From: Escherichia phage LHE287
Direction: 5' to 3' (one strand)
Length of the DNA stretch: 64,000 nucleotides
Sequence record: PP761450.1
In this document: positions 56,101-64,000 of the stretch, piece by piece
Layout: each line of letters begins with the position of its first letter
Position numbering within the stretch: position 1 is the first letter of the stretch
Notes under the pieces: model-generated
Told to the model about the DNA's origin: nothing
The model's input: only the letters and a program-made list of their open reading frames with translations
The model's database searches: none
Position numbers and translations under genes: made by a program

Positions 56101-56126
56101 AAAGCCATCCGAAGATGGCTTGTTGA

Positions 56127-57149
56127 TCAGTTAGACTTGAGATACTGCTCGAATTCGTCAATGGAAGCCGTGTTTCTGGCATTCGGTTGAGTCTGAGTCT
56201 GAGTCTGAGTCTGCGACGGCGCGGCCTGTTGCTGTTTCAGGCTGTCTTGAGCAGTTGGCTGATGTGTAGTCTGGGTGCTAGGAGCATGAGCCATCGTGGC
56301 TGCACCACCTTCAACCAGAGGCTGGTCATCAGGGATTGCCAGAACTTTGCGCAGGCGCTTTTCCAGGGAGTCGTAGTCTTTGAAGTTGGCCGGATTGAAG
56401 AATTCAAACAGGCTGTGCTCGCGAGACCAGACGTCTTCCATATACGCTTCGTCATCACTCAGCGGGGCAGGGTTCTCCCACACCACCTTACTGAAGTTTG
56501 CCACCAGACCTTCCCAGTTCCCAAACTTCTTCTGCTCGCCAAAGAGCTTCAGGTTCAGGTTGGCACCTTCCCACAGATCGAACGGATCGAATTTAGGGTC
56601 GGTTGGGAACTTAGGATTCTGCGCCTGATCCAGGATTTTCTTGATGGCGTTACCAAATTCCAGCAGGAAGACCTTGCCGTTGTTTTCCGGTACGTTGACA
56701 TCTTTGATCACCAGAATGTTAGCGTAGTATTTGGTGTCGGGTAGACGTTTCTTCAGGATGTCCTTCAGCTTTTCGTCGTTCGTTTCTTTCTGCTGCGCCC
56801 ACAGCGGACGGTCATGGTCGCGCACCGGATCGTCGTTACCGAACGTCTGAGGTGAGTTCTCAATGTACCATCCACCAGGTCCCTGGAACTGATGTTTCAT
56901 GATCATGGCACAAGGGGTGAGGATCTGATCTTTATCGATCGTCCCTTCTTCCTGTGCCTTGAGGTCTACCAGCGGGACTGGCAGGAAGCGGATGATGTTC
57001 TCGGAGATACCATCTTTATTCCAAGTCCATTTCCAGATGCGAGGATCCTTCTGGAAACCGGACTTCTGGCCTTGCTGTGCAAGACGCGCCTGCATAGCTT
57101 CAGTTTGCTGGCCACGGGACGCTTTCAGACGATCGAATAAATTACCCAT
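56127..57149 (-). CDS. 32: single-stranded DNA-binding protein (T4 gp32-like)
   Basis: gp32-like segments IIRFLPVP and GGWYIENS; contains a (TQ)n C-terminal repeat. Confidence 0.7.
   Translation of the reverse strand: MGNLFDRLKASRGQQTEAMQARLAQQGQKSGFQKDPRIWKWTWNKDGISENIIRFLPVPLVDLKAQEEGTIDKDQILTPCAMIMKHQFQGPGGWYIENSPQTFGNDDPVRDHDRPLWAQQKETNDEKLKDILKKRLPDTKYYANILVIKDVNVPENNGKVFLLEFGNAIKKILDQAQNPKFPTDPKFDPFDLWEGANLNLKLFGEQKKFGNWEGLVANFSKVVWENPAPLSDDEAYMEDVWSREHSLFEFFNPANFKDYDSLEKRLRKVLAIPDDQPLVEGGAATMAHAPSTQTTHQPTAQDSLKQQQAAPSQTQTQTQTQPNARNTASIDEFEQYLKSN
56190..56213. repeat. tandem hexanucleotide repeat (GAGTCT)x4 within the gp32-like gene
   Basis: Four direct copies of GAGTCT, encoding QTQTQTQT on the minus strand. 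Confidence 0.8.
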
Positions 57150-57248
57150 TTCTTAATTTCCTCTGTTTCCGCCCCTCAGGGCTATTCTGTTACATGTATT
57201 TTCAGTTTTCTACAAAGCGGGGTAATTATACCCCGATCTTACATTGAA

Positions 57249-57488
57249 TTAACCTTTAAGCACTTGATTTGCTGGGTCAATTTCAATAATGTCGAACACG
57301 TCCGAAAACGTCTTCTTGCCTTCGTCGTGCGTGTGATACTCAACGACATATGAGCGACCATCAGGGGTAACGTAACGAATACGATCCGTCTGGTCGGCAT
57401 GCTCGTTCAGGCTACCCACACGCCAGCGCATAGAGCCAGGAAGGAACTCGGAGGCTTTCATTGCGCTGTAAATTGATTCTTTACTCAT
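57249..57488 (-). CDS. hypothetical protein (79 aa)
   Basis: ATG-initiated ORF. Confidence 0.45.
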   Translation of the reverse strand: MSKESIYSAMKASEFLPGSMRWRVGSLNEHADQTDRIRYVTPDGRSYVVEYHTHDEGKKTFSDVFDIIEIDPANQVLKG

Positions 57489-57495
57489 AATAGAC

Positions 57496-57741
57496 CTACA
57501 CTAATTTCTTGGACTTTAGCGCGTCTTTGATCAGGCGCGCATCGGAGCACTCAGCTGTCAGTCGTGACAACAATGGTGCTGTAATCATCTTTTTGACTTT
57601 GGTCTCGTCTATGTCGTTCTCTTCACAGACAGCTGCCAGAGTCTCAAGGATACTATCCTTGGTTTGGGCGGCGCGTAGTAGGACGATTTCAGAAAATAAT
57701 TCTGGTGTCATCACAAGCGCTGGCTGTTTTTCGTCAGACAT
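57496..57741 (-). CDS. hypothetical protein (81 aa)
   Basis: ATG-initiated ORF. Confidence 0.45.
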   Translation of the reverse strand: MSDEKQPALVMTPELFSEIVLLRAAQTKDSILETLAAVCEENDIDETKVKKMITAPLLSRLTAECSDARLIKDALKSKKLV

Positions 57742-57979
57742 CGATTGTGTTCCCCTTACCCGAACCCTTTTTTATCGTACGCAAGACGTCCTTGAAGCCG
57801 TCTGGAGCTGATTGTGGTCCCTTCACCCCAGAGACAATCTTGGGAGCACCCACGATCATTTTAATCTCCCCTCCGCACTCAGTGCAGGGGTTGGATTCAG
57901 GCTCATGGCGATCTGCAATAGATTTACGCAGTGTCATCGCGTTACCACAGCCCTTGCATTGATAATCATACAGCGGCAT
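57734..57979 (-). CDS. zinc-ribbon protein (FmdB-like CxxC...CxxC)
   Basis: YDYQCKGCG ... NPCTECGG. Confidence 0.5.
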   Translation of the reverse strand: MPLYDYQCKGCGNAMTLRKSIADRHEPESNPCTECGGEIKMIVGAPKIVSGVKGPQSAPDGFKDVLRTIKKGSGKGNTIDV

Positions 57980-58280
57980 GGAACACCCCCACAGTTGTCA
58001 GTACGAAACGTACCATAATGATAACCAGCAACATCACTGTAGAAAACACTACACGCTTGATCATTTTATCGCGCATGTGGATGAACTGATATGAGAGGAT
58101 AGCCTCGGCCTGTTGATCGGCACGAACGTTCGTGTCACGATGTGGGGACAGTGTGTAGAAGTTGATCTGGTACACATACGCATGAACCAGAGTGAAGAAC
58201 GACTTCACCCAGACCAAGACAACCACTAACAACAAAGCGAACGTCAGGAAGTTCGCCAACAACCAATAATCGACCATCAT
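57966..58280 (-). CDS. membrane protein (104 aa)
   Basis: Three hydrophobic segments. Confidence 0.45.
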   Translation of the reverse strand: MMVDYWLLANFLTFALLLVVVLVWVKSFFTLVHAYVYQINFYTLSPHRDTNVRADQQAEAILSYQFIHMRDKMIKRVVFSTVMLLVIIMVRFVLTTVGVFHAAV

Positions 58281-58867
58281 ATACCTCTGTTGAAGTCTGG
58301 ATTATTCTCAATGAAGTAAGAGCCACAAGCCATTATCGCAAACGAATCCACGAGGTCATCGATTGGCTTGGGATCCTTAACTTCCAACATATCCATTATA
58401 CCGCGCATGCTAACATTGAACAGCGACTCGAAGTGAGCGATCATGGCGTGTTTATCCGCGTTGCCCTTGTCGGTGAACATCTTCTTCACATGGGATGGCG
58501 TCACGATCTGGAAGTCGAAATTGTTACGGCGCAGGGCTTGCTTCAACAGTGAGGTATTCTCTGCGGTCTGGCATATGTTGTTGGAGTTCTTAGAGTTGCC
58601 CATAGCATACCCTTCAAGAGTGATCGCATCCGGCTTCTCAGTCAACAGGACAGCCTCAGCCCATTTACAGATGTTATAGAAGCGTTCTTCTGGGGTCTCC
58701 CACTTCGGTTGCTTCATGATAAGGATGTTCTGACGAATCTGAGTGCAGTACTTCTCCACAGTATAATATGCGTAGAAGCGCAGATGATCAAAATCAAGAG
58801 GGTCTTTATCATCCCAGAAGCACAGGGATGGACAGCCATAGGAGTAGTCGATTCCGCAATATTTCAT
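58277..58867 (-). CDS. RuvC-like Holliday junction resolvase (putative)
   Basis: N-terminal YCGIDYSYG, ITLEGYAMG, and C-terminal DDLVDSFAIMACG resemble the RuvC catalytic motifs. Confidence 0.4.
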   Translation of the reverse strand: MKYCGIDYSYGCPSLCFWDDKDPLDFDHLRFYAYYTVEKYCTQIRQNILIMKQPKWETPEERFYNICKWAEAVLLTEKPDAITLEGYAMGNSKNSNNICQTAENTSLLKQALRRNNFDFQIVTPSHVKKMFTDKGNADKHAMIAHFESLFNVSMRGIMDMLEVKDPKPIDDLVDSFAIMACGSYFIENNPDFNRGI

Positions 58868-58918
58868 GTAAATAGCCCATAACGAAGTTTCATTGGTGTA
58901 TGGGCTATTTACGCCGGG

Positions 58919-59413
58919 TTAACGGGTGATGATTTTGCTATCAGGCAGGATCAGACCAGGGTGGTCCAGGTTCTTCTGCATCTGTTGGATACTCTGCAGG
59001 ATCACGGTAGTGTCGATGTGGCGTTTCACTTTGCGCGCTTCATCACCGTAGGAGATCTGCCCCTGAGGATCGATGTAGTGGGCTGTCACAACCTGCAGAT
59101 CATAACCGCACTTGATCAGGTACTTAGCAATGTTGCTAACTTCGAGAGACAGGGACTCACCGTCCACACCAATGTTGGCTGAGTAGACGATTACGCCATT
59201 TTCTACTGCTTTTGGTTCAAACAAAACCATACCAGCGATCGTCTGGATCAAAGGAACTCCCTCGGTATCGAAAGCCACCTGATCGAACGCACCGATGAAC
59301 TCATCCGGCACTTTACCTTCGGCATCAGAAACTGTGTGTTTCATAAGGTCCAGGACGTGTTGTTGTACTTCCTCAATCGGAGCACGTTCAACGGGTTTTT
59401 CGTTTTGCATTAC
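58919..59413 (-). CDS. hypothetical protein (about 165 aa)
   Basis: Internal ATG with GGAGA RBS chosen (the track ORF extends further into the upstream gene). Confidence 0.4.
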   Translation of the reverse strand, partial: VMQNEKPVERAPIEEVQQHVLDLMKHTVSDAEGKVPDEFIGAFDQVAFDTEGVPLIQTIAGMVLFEPKAVENGVIVYSANIGVDGESLSLEVSNIAKYLIKCGYDLQVVTAHYIDPQGQISYGDEARKVKRHIDTTVILQSIQQMQKNLDHPGLILPDSKIITR

Positions 59414-59918
59414 TTTTCTCCAGTTCATAATCGCGCTCCACAACGTATTGGTAGACACGCATCTTAATATAGTCAGCACTGCCTGCTGAAGACAGCACCA
59501 TCCATCCACTACTAAGGGCATTCATCTTATATTGACCAACACCCTCTTGAAAATAACTTTTAATCTGTTCCAGCTTTCGCCCACGATGATAATACGAGAT
59601 GAGTTCGCCGATGACAATACAATCTGGATAATGCTTTTCCAATGTATTGATGTTGCGGTGAACATATACGGGTAGAACTTCTTCATCGTCGATAGGGCTG
59701 TAGTATGGGTCTACGATGACCACTTGTAGACCATAACGCAGCAGGTCTTTGACACCCAGCCGACAGAACTTATAATCTTCGTGTTTCATTGCCACATGGA
59801 GGATATTCTCTTTCTTGGCATAATCGGTCAGGAAGATAAAGAAGTCTGTGTTGGGATCGGGATATTGTATAGACAGTTCTTTGCCTATTTCACTAAAACA
59901 AAATCCGCGCATTTTCAT
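59388..59918 (-). CDS. hypothetical protein (176 aa)
   Basis: ATG-initiated ORF. Confidence 0.45.
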   Translation of the reverse strand: MKMRGFCFSEIGKELSIQYPDPNTDFFIFLTDYAKKENILHVAMKHEDYKFCRLGVKDLLRYGLQVVIVDPYYSPIDDEEVLPVYVHRNINTLEKHYPDCIVIGELISYYHRGRKLEQIKSYFQEGVGQYKMNALSSGWMVLSSAGSADYIKMRVYQYVVERDYELEKSNAKRKTR

Positions 59919-59961
59919 TCCTCGTTATAATTACTCTTACAATATACCGTGGAGATACATT

Positions 59962-60768
59962 ATGAATTTACCATCATTGCCCAGAACAGAAAAGACATAT
60001 AAAAGCGACTTTTGGCCTACTGTGATCAAATATCGCGCCTTTACTGCGGGGCAACAAACTTTATTACTTCAGGTGTCAGATCCGCAAACGCCGATTGAAG
60101 AACGAGCGGCCATGATGGAGAGTCTCTTTAGCGAGTGTGTAAATGCAGGCGCACCTTTCAGTAAACTGCCAATCGGCGTTGTTGAGGAAGTGTTCATCCG
60201 CATGCGCATGATCTCCATCGGTGAATTGATGAAGATTCGTTATAAGTGTAATAATCAGATTGAAGAAACGATCGATCTGGGAGATGGTCAAGAAAAGCAC
60301 CAGATGGTTCCCTGTGAGCAGGAACTGACTCTACCTATCCCGTTGAACAACGTCAAATGCATTGCTCAGGACGGCTTCCGGGAGACGTTTGACCTGCCAG
60401 GTGGATATCACCTCAAGATGCGCCAACCTTCCTTCTCGGACGCTACGGCACTGTCTGATGCTGCAAGCGTTGAGATGATGCTGACCACCTTTATCGACTG
60501 TCTGTACGATGATGACGGTCAGGTGTGGAAGGTTGAGAATCCTGAAGAAATCGGAATCACTCCGGAAGAGGCTACTGAGCGCCGCCGTGTGAAAGAAGCG
60601 TTTGTTGAGTGGGTGAAGGATAACATCGAATCAGATGTTATTGACAGCATTACGAAGAACTTCTTCCACAAAATACCGCGCATCCACTACAAGAGTTCGA
60701 TCAAGTGTCCGAAATGTGGTAAGGAGCACAAAATCGAATTCAATAGTATTAATGAAATTTTCATTTAA
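59962..60768 (+). CDS. hypothetical protein with C-terminal zinc ribbon, possibly a baseplate assembly protein
   Basis: Internal ATG with GGAGA RBS; C-terminal SSIKCPKCGKEH; followed by a strong terminator. Confidence 0.4.
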   Translation: MNLPSLPRTEKTYKSDFWPTVIKYRAFTAGQQTLLLQVSDPQTPIEERAAMMESLFSECVNAGAPFSKLPIGVVEEVFIRMRMISIGELMKIRYKCNNQIEETIDLGDGQEKHQMVPCEQELTLPIPLNNVKCIAQDGFRETFDLPGGYHLKMRQPSFSDATALSDAASVEMMLTTFIDCLYDDDGQVWKVENPEEIGITPEEATERRRVKEAFVEWVKDNIESDVIDSITKNFFHKIPRIHYKSSIKCPKCGKEHKIEFNSINEIFI

Positions 60769-60915
60769 TGTTTGAAACTGATTTATTATCCTACTTCGTG
60801 ATGTGTGATGAATTGAAGTTACACGGCTATAGCATATTTGAAATCAACGAGTCGATGCCATGGCATCTTGACTTGTTAACCGAAGCCCTCAAGGTCAGGT
60901 TGTCTAAGAAACAGT

Positions 60916-60942
60916 AATCCCGCTTCGGCGGGATTTTTATTG
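60916..60942 (+). terminator. rho-independent terminator
   Basis: AATCCCGC-ttcg-GCGGGATT followed by TTTTATT. Confidence 0.75.
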
Positions 60943-61280
60943 GCTTAACTGTAAAATCGGTTAACACGAACTTTCTTTACCTGAAATTGCTATAATGGGC
61001 TTGTTCCCGAGTTATTTGTTGGTGTTTGTCTGTTTTGAATCAGATTGTCAGTAAAATACCATTTTTCAAGGAGTGTTCTGGGGTGTACAGTTATTGCCTC
61101 GCCCTTATGCCTCCATGGCATTGGAATGGTGCTGCCCGCATAGGGCGGTTTGATGAGCGAAGCGAATAGGATCGAATAAAACAAATAAAATGAACGGAAG
61201 CAGAGCTTCCTATAGTATATAAGGCAAAATCAGCTGCGCATAAATACCTTCAAATCCTTGTTTGACAACCGGAATTCAAT

Positions 61281-62891
61281 ATGTTAGACAATATGAGATG
61301 GTTTTACGGCACCGTTGAAGATGTCAACGATCCAGACCAAAATGGGCGAGTTGCTGTTCGCATATATGGCGTACACACCGACGATCCCGTCCTCCTGCCT
61401 ACGGACAAACTCCCATGGGCGAAGGTACTGATGCCTGCTTCTAACGCCTCCTCTGCTGGTTTAGGTTGGTCTCCAACGGGCATCATTCCTGGTACTGAGG
61501 TTATGGGGTTCGCCCTTGACGAAGCATACCAGAATTTACGCATCACCTGGACTTGGACTGGTTCAAGTCCTACTGATGGTGCCGACACAAACCCACTGGC
61601 TCTCGGGCAGGTCGTTCAATCTGTAGAACGTCAGGCGTACAACGCCGTCACTGACGTTCCTGTGAAACAAGAAGACGAACCACAACCAGATCCACAACCA
61701 CCTGTTGGTGGGTATGATCCAGAGAAGTGGATGACAATCGCTCGTGGCGAATTAGGTATCAAGGAGTATGCCGGAAAGTTCAACAACAACCCGCGCATTA
61801 TAGAATATCACAAGACAACCTCCCTTGGTGCTTCTGAAGATGAAGTGTCGTGGTGTGCGGCGTTCGTGGGTTGGGTTATGATACAGGCTGGATACACGTC
61901 TACACGCTCCGCTCTTGCCCGATCTTACCTTACATGGGGCACTCCACTGTCAGCACCACAATATGGCGCTATCGTAGTCTTCCGGCGTGGTAACAACCCT
62001 ACATTTGGACACGTAGCGTTTGTGCAGAAGTTCGATGCAAACTATGTCTGGTGTATTGGTGGCAACCAATCCGATTCAGTGAAGGTCAGTCGTTTCAGAC
62101 GTTCTTCGGTCTTGGGATATCGTTGGCCTGGTCCTGCTAACACAGCCACAGCCGCGCCTGCGCAGCAGAATGGTAAATGGTCAGAACCTATCCCAGATCG
62201 TACTCCAAAGGAACAACCGACTCCGGCTCCTACTGGGCGAGTACAGGATATTGACAACACTGGAGAAACCATGGTTCCGGCTGCGGGTGGCTCCAAATAC
62301 CCGTACAATAACGTCATGGTGTCCCGAGCTGGGCATATTATGGAAGTGGATGACACCCCTGGTGGTGAACGTCTTCACTGGATGCATAAGTCTGGGTCTT
62401 ACAAGCAAATGTTGCCGGATGGTGATGTGGTCAACAAGTCCGTCAAAGACCACTATGACCTGACGATGTTCAACAAGCGTTATTATGTCGGCGGGGACCA
62501 CAACCTGACGGTCAAAGGAACTGAAGTTCAGCGCAAGACAGGTGAGGTCTATCATTTGCATTCCAACAACTACTCAAATGTGGTTGCGGGCACAGCGCTG
62601 ATGAAATTCAGTGACCTAGCGGAAATGCAAGCGCAGAATATTCTGCGCATTATCTGCGAGACTCTGGAGGTCGGCGGGACATTGAAGGTTCCTAAGATTC
62701 TAACGACTGAGATCATCGCTGACAAACTGACTGTCGCTCAGACGATCAATGGTAACATCATATATGCCGAAGGTGCTGGTCGCGCTTCTTCTCTGTCAGG
62801 TGCAACCCCTGCATCCCCTACGGGTCCGGGTGAGATTGACATCAAGGCAGAATTAAAAGACAATGGTGGTAATTTCGGCACCAAAGAGTAA
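61281..62891 (+). CDS. baseplate central spike (gpV-like N-domain) fused to a CHAP/NlpC-P60-type peptidoglycan hydrolase
   Basis: gpV-like N-terminus WFYGTVEDVNDPDQNGRVAVRIYGVHTDD; hydrolase region with Cys in EVSWCAAFVGWVM and His in NPTFGHVAFV. Confidence 0.55.
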   Translation: MLDNMRWFYGTVEDVNDPDQNGRVAVRIYGVHTDDPVLLPTDKLPWAKVLMPASNASSAGLGWSPTGIIPGTEVMGFALDEAYQNLRITWTWTGSSPTDGADTNPLALGQVVQSVERQAYNAVTDVPVKQEDEPQPDPQPPVGGYDPEKWMTIARGELGIKEYAGKFNNNPRIIEYHKTTSLGASEDEVSWCAAFVGWVMIQAGYTSTRSALARSYLTWGTPLSAPQYGAIVVFRRGNNPTFGHVAFVQKFDANYVWCIGGNQSDSVKVSRFRRSSVLGYRWPGPANTATAAPAQQNGKWSEPIPDRTPKEQPTPAPTGRVQDIDNTGETMVPAAGGSKYPYNNVMVSRAGHIMEVDDTPGGERLHWMHKSGSYKQMLPDGDVVNKSVKDHYDLTMFNKRYYVGGDHNLTVKGTEVQRKTGEVYHLHSNNYSNVVAGTALMKFSDLAEMQAQNILRIICETLEVGGTLKVPKILTTEIIADKLTVAQTINGNIIYAEGAGRASSLSGATPASPTGPGEIDIKAELKDNGGNFGTKE

Positions 62892-62964
62892 GTTGGTATA
62901 AGTTTAGTGGCAGAGGGACAGCACGTCTCTCTGCTCCTTATAGGCATCCTGAGAGGATCGCGAA

Positions 62965-63345
62965 ATGAAAGAGTATAAAGATGTCGATCTGAAGTTCGGC
63001 ATGCATCCAGTGACCAAAGATGTCACCATGAAATCAGGTGTGTATGCTGTCTTACAATCCGTGCGGAATATCGTCATGTCTTCAGTCGGGGACTGGCCCA
63101 CTTATCCTGGGATCGGCGCGGGGCTTTATGGGCTGCTGGGTGAAAACACGACACCGACTATCCAGGTAGATGTGAAGAACAAAGTAGAGGACGCCATCGC
63201 CCTGTATGAACCCAGAGCAGAGGTAGAAGGAGTCACGGTGAGTCTGTCAGAGGATTACCATTCTCTGGGTGTGACCATCACATTCTATGTGGTCAACAAT
63301 CCAGATCCAATAACAGACACCGTGTGGTTGAAAAGGACGAATTAG
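62965..63345 (+). CDS. 25: gp25-like baseplate wedge protein (GPW/gp25 family)
   Basis: 126 aa; N-terminal LKFGMHPVTKD...VLQSVRNIVMS pattern typical of the family; directly downstream of the spike gene. Confidence 0.5.
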   Translation: MKEYKDVDLKFGMHPVTKDVTMKSGVYAVLQSVRNIVMSSVGDWPTYPGIGAGLYGLLGENTTPTIQVDVKNKVEDAIALYEPRAEVEGVTVSLSEDYHSLGVTITFYVVNNPDPITDTVWLKRTN

Positions 63346-63432
63346 AGTTTCGTCCTGAATGCCGGAGCCACGACTAACATGAAGTGGGGACTACCAGCTG
63401 CATTCTCAACTCTTTGTAATCTTGCATGAGGA

Positions 63433-63894
63433 CTACTCCGCCAGGGTGATCACAACCATATTTAAGACTGTGTCGATAGCTCGGCCTGTTTCCTCTTCAT
63501 GGAGGGTTTCGGCGCGGAGGTGCACGTCGGTGATGAAGTTGTCAATATGCATCGAAGTCAGGTACGGGCGGTGCTGGGATAATGGACGGTTGGTCATCAC
63601 ATAATTGCGCAGTGTGTTGAAGTCCTTCTGAGAGCACTCTGTGGTATCGATACGGAGGAAGCGTTCGTTGTGTCTTGTCTTCAACTCAGTTGCTTTCCCG
63701 AGGTAGACCAGAGGTCCATTGCGACCGATACGGAACATGACATCAACAACAGACTTGAAGATTTCGCGTTCAATCAGTGCGGTGGGTGACCAGCAGATCT
63801 CTTCTTTGTCGTCGGCGTACAGGGTGTCGATCACCAGAGGAAGCTGAATGTAACCGAAGTTGTGCAGTGGGTTGGTAAGTACCTTGTTTGTCAT
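63433..63894 (-). CDS. hypothetical protein (153 aa)
   Basis: ATG-initiated ORF convergent with the gp25-like gene. Confidence 0.45.
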   Translation of the reverse strand: MTNKVLTNPLHNFGYIQLPLVIDTLYADDKEEICWSPTALIEREIFKSVVDVMFRIGRNGPLVYLGKATELKTRHNERFLRIDTTECSQKDFNTLRNYVMTNRPLSQHRPYLTSMHIDNFITDVHLRAETLHEEETGRAIDTVLNMVVITLAE

Positions 63895-64000
63895 GATATA
63901 GTTCCTGCTTTCAATTTGTGGCGAATGCCAATGAATTACTGGGAAGTATAAGCGCAGGGATTATAGAAGTAAAGCCCCTCAATGAGGGGCTTTGGCTTGT

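Noticed and set aside
1-64000. CRISPR array, integrase, transposase, or toxin-antitoxin pair
   Set aside because: No direct-repeat/spacer array was seen, and no ORF shows recombinase (R..H..R..Y), DDE transposase or typical small toxin/antitoxin signatures; the gene content is that of a strictly lytic phage.

Overview
Densely coded segment of a large virulent T4-like myophage genome (about 100 ORFs, short gaps, frequent 1-4 nt start/stop overlaps). CDS coordinates follow the supplied ORF track, with starts moved to an internal ATG/GTG where an RBS supports it; coordinates of RNA, promoter and hairpin features are read by eye and may be off by 1-2 nt. Recognisable content: a 5' tRNA cluster (Met-CAT, Tyr-GTA, one tRNA-like element); a T4-type replication and recombination core (family B DNA polymerase, topoisomerase II subunits, ATP-dependent DNA ligase, DnaB-like helicase, UvsX, gp32 SSB, gp59-like loader, rIIA/rIIB-like pair); and baseplate genes (gpV-like spike carrying a CHAP/NlpC-P60-type hydrolase, gp25-like protein). 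The most interesting content is a nucleotide-metabolism and DNA-modification gene set: a translationally coupled operon of thymidylate-synthase-family enzyme, dNMP kinase, all-alpha NTP pyrophosphatase and a P-loop kinase, plus a second paralogous P-loop kinase co-transcribed with a 411-aa protein of unknown function, a fold-type II PLP-dependent enzyme, a HAD-type nucleotidase and dCMP deaminase. Together these suggest thymine exclusion and post-replicative thymidine hypermodification; this is an inference from motifs and gene context, not a verified homology result. Other features that the standard T4 repertoire does not explain: a macro-domain / DEDD exonuclease / metallophosphoesterase neighbourhood, a LemA-like plus Cys-rich membrane protein pair, a T4-type late promoter inside an RBS-sequestering hairpin, a split ORF, and a recurrent intergenic TTCAATAAA box. 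No CRISPR array, integrase or transposase was seen. All functional calls rest on motif recognition by eye; no database search was run.
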